Part shown: piece after piece, positions 40,201 to 54,200 of the stretch
How the letters are laid out: every line of letters starts with the position of its first letter
Numbering within the stretch: position 1 is the stretch's first letter
Assembly (NCBI RefSeq): GCF_030028105.1
Contig: NC_092374.1
Coordinates: 193,993,345-194,057,344, forward strand
Source: Mobula birostris
Taxonomy: Eukaryota
Direction: 5' to 3'
Length of the DNA: 64,000 nucleotides
Translations under genes and position numbers: made by a program
Notes under the pieces: generated by a model
What the model saw: only the letters and a program-made list of their open reading frames with translations
Told to the model about the DNA's origin: nothing
Database searches by the model: none

Positions 40201-43200
40201 CATTCACTGCCCCAGTATGGCAACATTTTGCATCAATAGATGAACTTTGTTTGGTCTAATTCTGTTCTATCTTGCAAAAATTGTGTATAATTGATGTTTC
40301 ATTGATGTTTTTCTTGCTAATGTTATGTTTCTGATGCTGTGTGCCTATGATACTTCTGCAAATCAGTTTTTTATTGCCTTTGTGCATACATATGATTATG
40401 ACATGAGGGTAGCAGACACCAACAGAATCAACAAACTCATTCGTAAGGCCAGTGATGTTGTGGGAATGGAACTGGACTCTCTGACGGTGGTGTCTGAAAA
40501 GAGGATGCTGTCCAAGTTGCATGCCATCTTGGACAATGTCTCCCATCCACTACATCATGTACTGGTTGGGCACGGGAGTACATTCAGCCAGAGACTCATT
40601 CCACTGAGATGCAACACAGAGCGTCATAGGAAGTCATTCCTGCTTGTGGCCATGAAACTTTACAACTCCTCCTTTGGAGGGTCAGACACCCTGAGCCGAT
40701 AGGCTGGTCCTGGACTTATTTCATAATTTACTGGCATAATTTACATATTACTATTTAACTATTTATGGTTCTGTTACTATTTATTATTTATGGTGCAACT
40801 GTAATGAAAACCAATTTCCCCCGGGATCAATAAGGTATGACTACGACTATGTTATTGACCAAGAAGAGCTCCTGATCACTGCTATTGACCTAAAGTGACC
40901 TCTGCCTCCTCTGTTGACCCAGGGAGATCCCACTAACTCCACACAAGGTCCCAGACCCCTTTCCTAATACAATCCTTGGATATTATTCCATATCTGATCA
41001 CTAAACATTTGGTTCTTGAACCAACCTGCACAACCCTAATCACCACCTCAGTGGAGCAACATTACACTACAATGGACTTTGTATTTGTTCTAATTGGGTT
41101 TTCTCTTAAGTAATTGGAGCCATCGAGCACTGTAACACAAAAACAGGTTCTTCTAATAACGACAATGGCCTTTGAGTGTTATGGACTACCAAAGTCACTT
41201 GTTGCATGTAAATTTTTTTTAATTAAGCCATACCACATGCATTGTAAATATCTGTTCTGCACGGACTGGAGTAGCACCACAATCTCGTTGTCTTGAGCAA
41301 CGACAATAAAGTTGTATTCTATTCTATTCTAGTCCATTCCAACCCAACACCTGTCCTTACACCTCCTTCCTCACCTCCATTCAGGGCCCCAAACAGTCCT
41401 TCCAGGTGATTCAACACTTCAGGTGCAAATCTGCTGGGGTCGTCTATTGTGTCTGGTGCTCCTGATATGGCCTCCTCTGCATTGGTGAGACACGTTGTAA
41501 ATTGGTGGACTGCTTCGTCGAACACCTCCTCACCATCTGCAAGAGCCAGGACTCCCTGGTGGCCAAACAGGTTAATTCCAATATCCCGTTCCTATTCTGA
41601 CGTGTTCATCTATGGCCTCCTCTTGAGCAAGCTGAGGCCAACCTCAGGGTGGAGGAGTAACACCTTATACTCCGTCTGGGTACCCTCGAATCTAATGGCA
41701 TGAATATTGATTGCTCCTTCTAGGAAACAAATTTCCCCCTCCAACTTCCTCTATTCCCCTTTCTGACTTTTCACTTCTCACCTGCCTATTCCTTCGCTCT
41801 GGGTTCCTTTCCTCCTATGGTACACTTTTCTGTTCTATCTGTTTCTTTCTTCTCCAGTCCTTGACCTTTCCCATCCACCTGGCTTCACCTAACACCTTCC
41901 AACTAGACTCGTTCTCTACCCCCAACCCCCACTTTTTGATTCTGGTATCTTCCCCCTTCCTTCTGAGTCCTGAAGAAGGGCCTCGGTCTGAATCGTCGAC
42001 AGTTTATTCTTTTCCATAGATGCTGCCTGACCTGCTGAGTTCTTCCAGCACTTTGTGTGTGTCACTTTGGATTTCCATCATCTGCAGACTTTCTCATGTT
42101 TGCATGTTGTGTAGGCTTCATGTTTAATACATATTTTTCTGTGAATGTTGTGTACCTGATGCTGAATGCCTGTGATGTTGCTGCAAGTAAGCTTTTCATT
42201 GCACCTGTACATGCACATACTGTACTTGTGCATCGACAATAATCTTGACTTTGGAATTTTTAAAATCTCTTGATGTCATAGAATCAAACATGCACTGGGC
42301 ATGATCTTTCAAGAATCACTTGATTCTGGTATGGTCACAGAGAACTAGAAGATTGCAAATGTCACTCCACTCTCTAAGAAGAGAGGAAGGCAAAAGAAAG
42401 GAAATGGTAGCCTAACCCCAGTGGTTGGGAAACTGTTGCCCATTGTTAAGGATGAGGTTAATGATAAAGTACGTCAAAGTCAGCATGGTTTCTGTGAAGG
42501 GGAATCTTGCCTGAAAAATCTGTTAGAGTTCTTTGAGGAAGTTACAAGCAGGGTGGACAAAGGAGAGGCAGTGGGTGTCATTTACTTGGATCTTCAGAAG
42601 GCGTTTGATAAGGTGCCACACATGAGGCTGCTTAACAAGATGAAATCCAGTGACATTAAAGGAAAGAGATTATGGATGGATAGAGGAATGGCTGACAGGC
42701 AGGGGACAGTGAGTGGGAATAAAGGGGGCCTTTTCTCGTTGGCTGCCAATGACTTCTTGTGTTCCTCAGTGGTCAGTATTGGGACCGCTGCTTTGCACAT
42801 TGTTTGTCAATGATTTAGATAGTTGAATTGATGGCTTTGTGGAAAAGTTGGTGAAAGGATAGGTAGCGCTGAGGAAGCAATGCGATTGCAGCAGGGCTTT
42901 GACAAATTGGAAGAATGGGCATAAATGTGGCAGATGGGATATAATGTTGGGAAATGAATGATAATGCATTTTGATAAAAGGAACAATTGTGCAGACTATT
43001 ACCTAAATGGGGAGAAAATTCAAACCTCAGAGCTGCAGAGGGACCTAGGGGTCCTCGTGCAAGACTCCAGAAGGTTTGAATATAGGTCGAGTCAGTGTTA
43101 AAGAAGTCAAATGCAATGTTGGCATTCATTTCAAGGGGAATCGAATATAAAAGCAAGGAGATTATTCTGAGCCTTTAAAAGACACTAGTCAGGCCACACT

Positions 43201-46200
43201 TGGAGTATTTTCAAAAGATGTCAACAGCTTTGAGCACCATACCTCAGAAAGGATATGATGTCATTGGAGATATTCCAGAGGAGATTCACAAGGATGATTC
43301 CAGGGATGAAGGAGTTAATATATGAGGAGAGTTTGGCAGCTTTGGGCCTGTACTCACTGGAATTTAAAAGCATGCTGGGGTGGGAGGACCTTATTGAAAT
43401 CTACCAAATGTTGGAAAGACCAAATAGGGTTTAAGTGGAGAGCATGTTTCCTTGGGTGGGTGTATCCAGAACTAGAGAGCACAGCCTCAGAATTGAGGGG
43501 TGACCCTTTAGAACAGTGTAATGAATTTTTTTTAGGCACAGAGTAGTGAATCTGTGGAATTCTCTGCCACAGACTGCAGTAGAGGCCAAGTCCATGGGTA
43601 TATTTAAGGCAGAAGTTGATCGTTTCCTGATTGCTCAGGGCATCAAAGGATATGGTGAGAAGGCAGTGTGTGGGGTTGAGTGGGATCTAGGATCAGCCAG
43701 GATGGAATGGCAGAGCAGACTCGATGGGCTGAATGGCCTAATTCTGCTTCTATGTCTATTGTCTTATATTCCTATGTCTTATGGTCTTATGATCTGTGAC
43801 ATGGCTTAATTTTCCTTCTTTAGGAGATCCAGCCAGAAGACGAATTGATCTACACACCAATGCAAAGGTGAGTATGGATCCAGCCACCGCTAGATTAGTT
43901 GGTTTGCTACAAATGGAGCATTACCCAGGGTCCAGTGTTACACTGCTGTCTGCGTGCTCTATTCAGCAGGGAAGCAGTGAGATGTATCGCCATCCCAAAA
44001 TGACCCTCTGCTGTGGAGAGTTCATTATCAGGTAATGGTGCAGTTTGTTGTCCATCCAGTGAGCAGACTGGACCCGCAGGATGAAGCAGTGAAGCCTGGT
44101 GCACTGACATCATGCTAGGAGTAGTTGGTATTCAAGTTGATGCATTGTGTAGTGAGATTATGTAGATGATAGAGCAAAATTGTAGTCAGTGGGATGGGTT
44201 GAAGTTTAACATAGGGTCAAAGTCAAAATGGGTGATGAATACAGGACTATTTCAATAGGTTCAATGGGTACATTTAACAGAGAAATGTATACAATATACA
44301 TCCTGAAATTCTTTTTCTTCGCAAACATCCACGAAAACAGAGGAGTGCCCCAAAGAATGAAAGAATGAATGACAGTTAAACATTAGACCCCAAAGCCCCC
44401 CCCCACGCACAAGCAGCAGCAAGGCAGCGATTCCCCCCTCCCCCAGCAGTAAAAAAGCATTGGCGCACTCCACCAAGCAGTCAAACATACAGCAAATTAT
44501 CAATAAAGACAACGACTTGCAGTACTCCAAAGACTACTCATTTACCCGGTAATTCTCATGCAACAGGCTCTCTCTTGCCCTAATAAGGGGAAAAAAGGTG
44601 TCCCTGTTTCACAATGAGAGAGGAGACATAACAAACAACTCACTGATAATAGGGTTTTAAAAGTCTGTTGTGTCATTTTTTACCAAGCTAAGAAGCTAGG
44701 ATGTGAGATACAGATTTCAACAAGAAATAGAAAAGACATTTAACAAGGGCAATGTTATGATAGTCGTGGTGGAATTCCATTTGCAGGTGGATTGGGAAAA
44801 TCAGATTGGTGCTGGATCCCGAGAGGGAATTCGTAGGATGCCTGCAAGATGATATTTTAGATCAGCTTGTGGTGGAACCCAGTGGGGGACAGGCGATTCT
44901 GGATTGGGTGTTGTGCACCAAATTTGATAACGGACCTTAAAGCAAAGAAGCTTTGGAAGGCAGTGACTTTAATATGATAAAATTCACCCTGCATTTTGAG
45001 AGGGAGAGTAAGTATTACAGTGGATTAAAGGGAGTTACCGAGGCATGAGCGTACAGCTGGTCAAAGCTGATTGGAAGGAGTCACTATCAGCGATGATAGC
45101 AGGGTAGCAACGGCTGGAGCTTCTGGGGGCAATGTGGGAAGATCAAGATAGATACATCCTAAAGATGAAGAAGTATGCTAAAGGGAAGACAAGTCAGCCG
45201 GGGCTGACAAAGAAAGCATAAAAGCAAAAGAGAGGGCATATAATATAGCAAAACTTTGGGAAGCTTTTAAAAACCAACAGGAGACAGCTAAAAATTCATA
45301 AGGAGAGAAAAGATGAAAGATGAAGGTAAGCTAGTTCATTCTTCTGGGAAGGAGGGAGGCAGAAGGAGGAACTTATAGGCTAGTTAGCTTGACTTCAGTG
45401 TTGTGAAGATATTGGAGTACATTATTAATAATGAGGTTTCAGGGTACTTGATAAAGTAGGCTAAATTCAGAATTGATTCCTTAAGGAGAAATATTGCCTG
45501 ACAAATTTGATGGAATTCTTTAAGGAAATAACAAAGCAGAGTCGGTGGATGTTGCTTACTTGGATTTTCAAAAGGCCTTTGACAGGGTGCTGCACGTGAG
45601 GGCCATTAACAAGATAAGACCCCACGGTATTACAGGAAAAATACTAGCATGGATAGAAAGTTGCCAGGAGGGTTGGAAGGTTGGAATAAAGGGGACCAAT
45701 TCTAGTTGACTGTTGGTGACTAGTGGTTTTCCTCAGGGGTCGGCATTAGGACCACTTCTTTTCACATTATATGTTAACAATTTGGTATAGAGTTGTTGCC
45801 AAGTTTGCAGATGATACAATGATAGATAGAGAGAGAAGTAGTGTTGCAGAAGCAGGGGCTCTGACAGAATGGGTAAAGTGGCAGGTAGAAAATAGTGTAA
45901 AGAAGTGTGTGGTCATGAACTTTGCTAGAAGGAATAAAGGCATAGACTGTTTTCTAAATGGGGATAAAATACAAAATTTGGAGGTGCAACTTGTGCAGGA
46001 TTTCCAAAGGTGGACTTACAGATTGAGTCAGTGGTACGGAAGGCAAATGTACTGTTAGCGTTCATTTCAAGAGAATTAGAATATAAAAGCAAGGTTGTGA
46101 TGCTGAGGCTTTATAAGACTGCACTTGGAGTATTGTGCCCTATATCTAAGAAAAGATGTTTTGGCACTGGATAGATTCCAGAGGAGTTTCAAGAGAATGA

Positions 46201-48129
46201 TCCAGAATGACAAGCTTATGGTATGAGGAGCATTTGATGGTTCTGGGCCAGTATTCCCTGGAACTTAGAACAATGAAGGGGAATCTCATTGAAACCTATA
46301 GAATTATGAGAGATATCGATAGGATGATTGCAATCAGGCTTTGTTCCATTGAGGTTGGGTGGGATTACAACCATTTGTCATGGCTTAAGGGTGAAAGGTG
46401 AGAAGTTTAAGGTAAGAAGTTTAACTTCTTCATTCAGAGGGTCATGAGAGTGTGGAATGAGCTGCCAGTGCAATTGCTCCACACGAGATCGATTTCAAAG
46501 TTAAGAGAAGTAGGAATCTGGAGGGCTATAGTCCTGGTGCAGGTTGTTGGGAGTAGGCAGCTTAAGTGGTTTTGGGCATGGACTAGATGGCCGAAGGGTT
46601 ATTTTCTGTGCTATACTTCTCTATAGCTCTATGAATATTGAAAGGCCTAGGCAGAGAGGATTGCTCCTATAGTGGTGGAATCTAGGACCAAAGAGCACAG
46701 CCTCACAATAGAGGGACGTATATTTAGAACAGAGATGAGTAGAAATTTGTTCAGCCAGAGGATGATGAATCTGTGGAATTTATTGCCATGGACGGTTGCA
46801 GAGGACAATTCATTAGGTATATTTAAAGCATGGGTTGATAGTTTCTTGGTTAGTCAGGCCGTCAAACACCTGAACCATGGCTGCTGCACAAAGATTACAC
46901 TGGGCCTGTGTACATATCTGACTCCAGGTCCCTCTCTTCGCCCTGATACATTACCCCATTGTCCTTTGAAAATTTGGCTACTCCTGTCTGGGGCATCTCC
47001 TGCCCCAGTACTGGTCACAGTGACACAGGTTTATGAAGCAGCACATGAGCAGGACAATTCCCCCAACCACCCCAACTTGCACTTTATCAATGAGTGACCT
47101 CCTTCCCCCTCTTTCTCCTCACGGCCTGAAGACATTCAGTAACTCAATGGACAATGACATGGGTAAGTAAGTCCTCTTGAGCGTGGCTGATGCAAAAATG
47201 GGTGCAACCTCCGAACTCCCTGACACCCCAGTCACTCCTCACCTCAGCAGGCCATCTGTCCCATCGGTCCTAATTGTCAGCATTACCAACAGCCTGTCCT
47301 GGTCCGTCCACATTGATGCTACAGCCAGGAAAGTTCACCAACACCTCTAGTTCCTAAGGCAGTATCACGGCTTGGTAGGGCAACTGCTGTGCCCATGACC
47401 ACATCGAATTGCACAGCTCAGCACAGCATGGAAACTGGCCTCACCTCCATGCACTCTGTATTTCTCGCTGACTTGGCAAAGCAGCCAGCATAATAAAGAT
47501 CCTATCCACCCTGGTCATTGTTGCTCGATCCCCATCCCATTAGGCAGTAGATACAAAAGTCTGAAAGCACGTACCACCAGGATTCAGGACAGCTTCTACC
47601 CCACTGTTATCAGAGTATTGAATCGTTTGCTTGTACGATCAGATGGAGTCTTGACCTCACAATCCACCTCCTCATGTCCTTGCACCACACTTTCTCTGTA
47701 ACACTACATTCAGCATTCTGTTAGTGCTTTTCCCTTGTACTATCTCGATGCACTGACGTAATGGTATGGTCTGTATGATGTCTGTACTTCAGTGCAATAA
47801 TAAACAACTCACCAATGTAAGCAGACCAGGGTTTAGAATTGTCTTCGGACGAGAGGGCACCTTCAACCAGTGAAATCCACCATTTATTCCCAATGCAGAA
47901 ACCAATCTCTGCACAGGAGTAACCCACAAGGAGACAACAAAAGGAATTAGGAACAAGAATTGTGTCCTGTGGCACTGTTCACTCCTCCTCGCCTGCGCTC
48001 TCCATGTTCCTGCCCGTTGCTTTCACCTGTGGCAAAGGTTCACTGACATTCTCGTATTCACTCTCACAGATGTGATCACCCAGTGTCGACCAGACAACTC
48101 GCCGGTCTCCGATGAAGAGGTAAGTACAT

Positions 48130-48211
<82 letters not shown>

Positions 48212-51200
48212 TATACTAGATATATATAGTTATGTAGTTCATATCCTTGACAAATAGGAGACCACTCAGCCTGTTGATGTCTGTCTGCCCCAATTCTTCC
48301 ACTTGATCCCCTGCAACCTGTTCTCCCCACATTCCCACTGGGCTGCTCCTTGTTGGATATTTGTCTAGTGCAGGGGTCCCCAACCCTTTTCGCACTGCGG
48401 ACCGGTTTCATATTGACAATATTCTCGCGGACCGGCCGACCCGGGGGTCGGGTGGTGGTGGTGGTAGGGTTGCCAACGATCAAGAGTAGCTGTCAAATAC
48501 ATTGGGTATACCCTGAAAGGACTACAATGACCATGAAGACTTGCGCGGGCACCAGTGCGCATGTGTGATTTGCGTGCCGATTTTTTTTAAACTACAAATC
48601 GTTTTTGGTGGTTCTGTTCGGAGGGGGAGGTGTTATAGGTGATAAGTGGCTAATACACTCAATTTCGTTTCTAAAAGGGTTTATCTAACGAATTTCATAT
48701 TAAACACACAGCGCATATTTTCCTCGCATGAATATAGCGATAAGTCAATTATCAGGGGAGCTTGAAGTAAGTGTTGAACGAACTTCCAGTAGAAGTGGTA
48801 GAGGCAGGTTCGGTTTTATCATTTAAAGAAAAATTGGATAGGTATATAGATAGGAAAGGAATGGAGAGTTATGGGCTGCAGGTCGGTGGAACTAGGTGAG
48901 AGTAGCATTCGGCACAGACTAGAAGGGCAGAGATCGCGCGCACACACACACACAAATAAATATGCTGAACACCAGCTTTTCATTATATAGCTCCACCCTT
49001 CTATCACCATAGTGACTCACGAGCTGCTCGGTGCCTCTCTCTCTCTGAATCAGCGGCACACTCTCTCTCTTTTTAAAGGCACACTCCATAATGAATAATC
49101 CTTAGGGATTTTGTCACACCTCCCTCCTTTTGGGAAAAATTTTGAGCAAGGAGCAAATTTTTGTCCAACTGTAGACTGTAAAGCTTGAAGCAATACATGT
49201 GTAATTATCAGCTAATATAGCAAAAGCGTATACAAATTTTAACTTAACACCTGCATAAACAATCGGCTATAGTGTTGTCAGTACCCTTTATGTTTTATTT
49301 CCATGTCATATTCTTGCAAGATCAGACTCCAGTTTAGTAACCTTCTATTCTTATCCTTCATCTTACTCAGAAACACTAATGGATTATGGTCAGTGTAAAT
49401 CACAAGTGGTTTCTGCGCAGGACATACATAGACATCAAAATATTGCAAGGCTGAAATGAGTGATAGCAACTCCTTCTCAACAGTGGAATAATTCTTCTGG
49501 TGCTCATTAAATTTCTTTGAGAAATAAGCTACAGGATGTTCAATGTCATCATCACCCTTTTGTAAGAATACTGCCCCAGCAGATTCGTCACTAGCATGTA
49601 CAGCTCCCGAAAATGGTTGAGTAAAATTAGGTGCTTTAAGCACAGGTTGATAACACAGGATAGTTTTTAGTCGTTCAAAGGCCTCCTGGTAGAGCTCACT
49701 TCATACAGATCTTTCACTCTTCCCTAGTAGTTTCGTTAGAGGGAGAGTGATATCCGTGAAGATTTTATAAAACTTACGGTAGTACCCAACGATTCCTAAA
49801 AACCTTCTTAAAGTTTTCTTGCCCGTCGGAACGGGAACCTCAGCAATAGCTTGTACCTTGGTCTGCACAGGAGCCAGTTGGCCCCGGCCTACTACATAGC
49901 CAAGGTGAGTAACAGTGGCATGGCCAAGTTCAATTTTAGAGAGTTTAACAGTAAGATTGGCCTGGAAAGCTAGTCAAACAGCTTCTCTACTGCGGAGATA
50001 TGCTTCTCCCACGTATCATTCCATACAACCAAATCGTCAATATAATCCTCTGTATTTTATAAACCTCGAATCATAGAATTAATCATTCTTTGGAATATCC
50101 CTGCAGCATTTTTCATTCCAAAGGGTAAAACATTATACTCATACAATCCAGATGGTGTGACAAATGCAGAGATTTCTCTAGCCCTTTCTGTCAAGGGAAC
50201 ACACCAGTACCCTTTTAACAGGTCAATCATTGTAAGGTATTTAGCCTTTCCCACCTTATTAATACAGTCACCCACTCTCGGAATAGGATAAGTATCTGTC
50301 TTGGTCGCTGCATGAACTTTCCTGTAATCAGTACAGAATCTCATGCTGATGTCCAGTTTTGGCACAATTACACAGGGCAATGCCCAGTCTGAGCTAGATG
50401 GCCTAATCATGCCGTTTGTCAGCATGTACCCAATTTCTTGTTCAGCCATTTTACACTTTTCTAAATTCATTGTATAGGGATGTTGCTTAATTGGGTCAAC
50501 GTGACCTAAAATTACATCATGCACTGCAGCTGTGCATTGTTTTGGAATATCAGGGAACAAATCCTCATATTTGCTAATTAATCCCTTCAATTGATTTTGC
50601 TATTCAGGCTCCAGATGATGGACTTTACTGTCAGTGTTTTCCAAATGGAATTCCAGTGGAATTCCTGAGCCTTGTTGGGACTATACTTAGCTTGTTAAAA
50701 TTATCTGGTAACTCGTTACCAGTCTCCATGACTCCACTTGTTTTCATAATAGTACTCTCAGGTGCTGTCTCCGAGTTATAATAAGGCTTTATCATATTAA
50801 CGTGTACCACTTAAGTAGCCTTCCTTCAGTTGGGAGTCTTAACAACATAATTCAAAGAGTCAATTTTTTAAATTATCTGGTATGGTCCACTAAATTTTGC
50901 TTGGTGGGTTGATCAAAAGTTGGAACAGAACCAGAACATTATCTCCAACATGATACATCTGTTCTCTAGTTTTTCTGTCATACCAGACCTTCATCTTCCT
51001 CTGAGAGTTCTCCAAATCCTGCCTTGCAAGGACACAAACCTTGTTAAGTCTATCTCTGAATTCCAAAACATAACTGAACATGCTTACACATACCTCCTGA
51101 TTAGACCACTTCTCCCTGAGTAAAGTTAAAGGTCCTCTGGCCCTGTGACCGAAAACAAGTTCAAACGGGATAAACCGTAACGATTCTTGAATCGAGTCTT

Positions 51201-54200
51201 TGACAGCAGACAAAAGTAAATGCACACCTTCATCCCAGTCTTTTCCGTTTTCCACACAGTGTGTTTTAATCATTGTCTTAAGAGTGGAATGAAACCTTTC
51301 CAAGGCTCCTTAGGACTCTGGGTGATATGCAGATGATACGATCTGCTTAACTCCCAGTTCACCAACCATCCGCTGGAACAACCCTGAGGTGAAGTTACAG
51401 CCTTGGTCGGATTGAATCTGTTTGGGCAGACCAACCAGAGTAAAAAAAACTTGATGAGCACCCTCACCACAGTTTTACCTTTAGTATTTCGGAGAGGAGT
51501 CGCTTCGGGGAACCTAGATGCAGCACACATAATGCTTAACCCATACTGATGGCCAGCTGGAGTTTTTGGTAATGGGCCAACACAATCCACTATGACTTTG
51601 GAAAAAGGTTTACCAAAAGCAGGTATCGACTGAAGTGGGGCTACTGGGATGGGTCTCATTAGGTTTCCCCACAATTTGGCAAGTATGACAGGCCCTGCAA
51701 AAGGTAACAACATCTTTCTTTAAATTAGGCCAGTAAAATTCCTTCATAATCTTTCTCACAGTCTTATTCACTCCAAAATGTCCACCTTCGGCTTCTTATG
51801 GGCCATGTTTAAAATTTCAGCTTTGCAAACTTTCGGAACCACAACTTGATGCACAATGGTCCAATCCTCACTTGCAGGCACAGTGGATGGTCTCCACTTC
51901 CTGATTAACACCCTTTCCTTAAGGTAATATCCTATTGACTCCTTCTGAATCTCATCATCGGAGAGAGCTGCTTTTTTAAAGCCACAATTTCAGGATCTCG
52001 GTTTTGATCTGCTAGGAATTCTTTCCTAGACAAAGATAAACCTCGCTCATCAACCTTACTACCCAAGTCCTGTTGAAACAGGGTCGGTAGAAAAGTCTCT
52101 GATAAATCATCATGATCTGAACCCCTGTTTTGGCTATCATGGGCATTAGAATCCCCCTGCTCCGAACTATCTGCATCAGCAGATTTTTTAGACATGCTTC
52201 GGATTACTGCGCATGTGGGGTAAATATCCGTATCCATGTGTGGGTTGTTAGCTGCAGGTTTCCTCGTTAACTGCACTGCTGGATAAACATCCCCACCTGC
52301 AAGGTCATTACCGAGCTGCTGGATTGTCTATCAGTAATCCAGATCGTACCCCTATCTTGACGGGTCTTGATACCAAGTCGCATTTCAAAATTACCTTATG
52401 CAAAGGCACAGCCTCAGTCCCCTTTCCAATACCTTTGATAATATTCACTCCATCAGTTTTCATCTCGTCACCGAATTCCAAAACACTGTCTAATATTAGT
52501 GACTGAAAAGCCCCAGTATCTTGCCAGATTCTCACTGGAACCACAGTTGACCCCTCCTTTACAGACACAAACCAATTTGAGATAAACCGCTCAAATAACG
52601 CTTGAATTCGGTCAGACCCCTCCTTCCTTAGCAGTGTCTCAACTGACTGAACACAAGCATTTGGGATTGTCTCCTTTTCTTTTCCTTTTTCCCTTTTCAG
52701 AGTAAAACAACTAGATGCCACATGACTGGGCTTCTTACAAAAGTTACATGTAAAACTGGAAAATTTTCCTTTTGACTGCTTTCCTTCCTCTTTACATTTG
52801 TCAATAGTTCCCGACTTACTTTCTGGTTTAACCTGTGGGTTATCTCTGTTACTCTTTTGGTAGCGATTATTCGAGAAAAACGTAACCTTATGGGTTAAGG
52901 CAAACTCGTCTGCTAACCAAGCAGACACTGAAAGTGTCGCCAACTCTTTCTCAAATAAGTACGTCCTTAGTTCAGCAGGGACGCAGCTCTTAAACTCTTC
53001 AATCAATATCAACTCTCTTAAGTGATTAATATCCTCATTCGCCCCTTTGAGCTACACCAACGATTGAAGTACACCTGTTTTCCATGGGCAAACTCCACAT
53101 ACGTTTGGTTCCAAGACTTTTTCAAATCTCGAATCTTTTGTCTGTACACCTCCGGATCCAACCTCATAACCCTTAAGCACAGCATCTTTCACTGTGCTAT
53201 AATCATTTGCCTCTACAAGAGACTGGGCAGAATACGCTTGCTGAGCCTTCCCCTTAATCACACTTTGTAACAGCACAACCCACTGATCCCTTGGCTATTT
53301 CCGAATCAGGGCAACTTTTTCGAAGTGCAGGAAATACCTATCCACTTCGGTTTCATCAAATGGAGGTAGCAACTTAATTTCTTGGCTGGCATTAAACAGT
53401 ACAACCAGGTCATTACCACGGTCTGGCACTTGATATCTGCTGCCATTTCTCCCTCTCGAACTCTGTCTTTCTGCCTCTCTAGCCTCATACTGCCTCTGCC
53501 TTTCTTTATCCTCAGTCTCTAATTTAAGTCTATCTAATTTCATTTGTTCCAGTCGTAACTGGATCTCCTCTTTACCTACAGGAAATCCCTTTAACTCCTC
53601 CTCATCAAATTGCTTCGTAGAGATATAGCATTCAACTACTTTCCTTTGAATTTCTACCTTTGTCATACCCTTCTTTAGCTCCGTAAGTTTCAGCTCTTTA
53701 ACAATGTCCACAACTCATCCTTTCTAGCTTTCTTCAAAGCCACAGGGTCTGGCGATGCCAGAAAATCCCAAACATCCACTTCTGCTGTTTTCTACACGTG
53801 AGTCAATCAAAGGAAAAGTAGCCAATAAGATTGTTAATCACTCAATCAGTAAGCCCCCAATTTAGTTCATATCTCGGACGCAGGCCCCAATTTTGTTACG
53901 TAACCCGTAACGGGTTAAAAGAAACAGCAGAAATGGAACGCACCTGGAGTCTAGTTTTGCTGTTAACTAACTCTATTTTATTAGTAGCTATGTAATAAAG
54001 CAACATACAAACAGATAAATCTAACAGGTTAGCAGAGTTTATGCATATATAGGTGTGTAAATACAAAACCCAAACTTCTTCAAACTTAGGTGGTAATTGA
54101 TACAGTCTTATGAAGGTATGTAAACGAAGTTAGTTCAGTTCGTGACATTGAGTTGAGTAGAATTGAGGAGAGAGGTGATTTGTTATCCAAGTAAGCTGAT

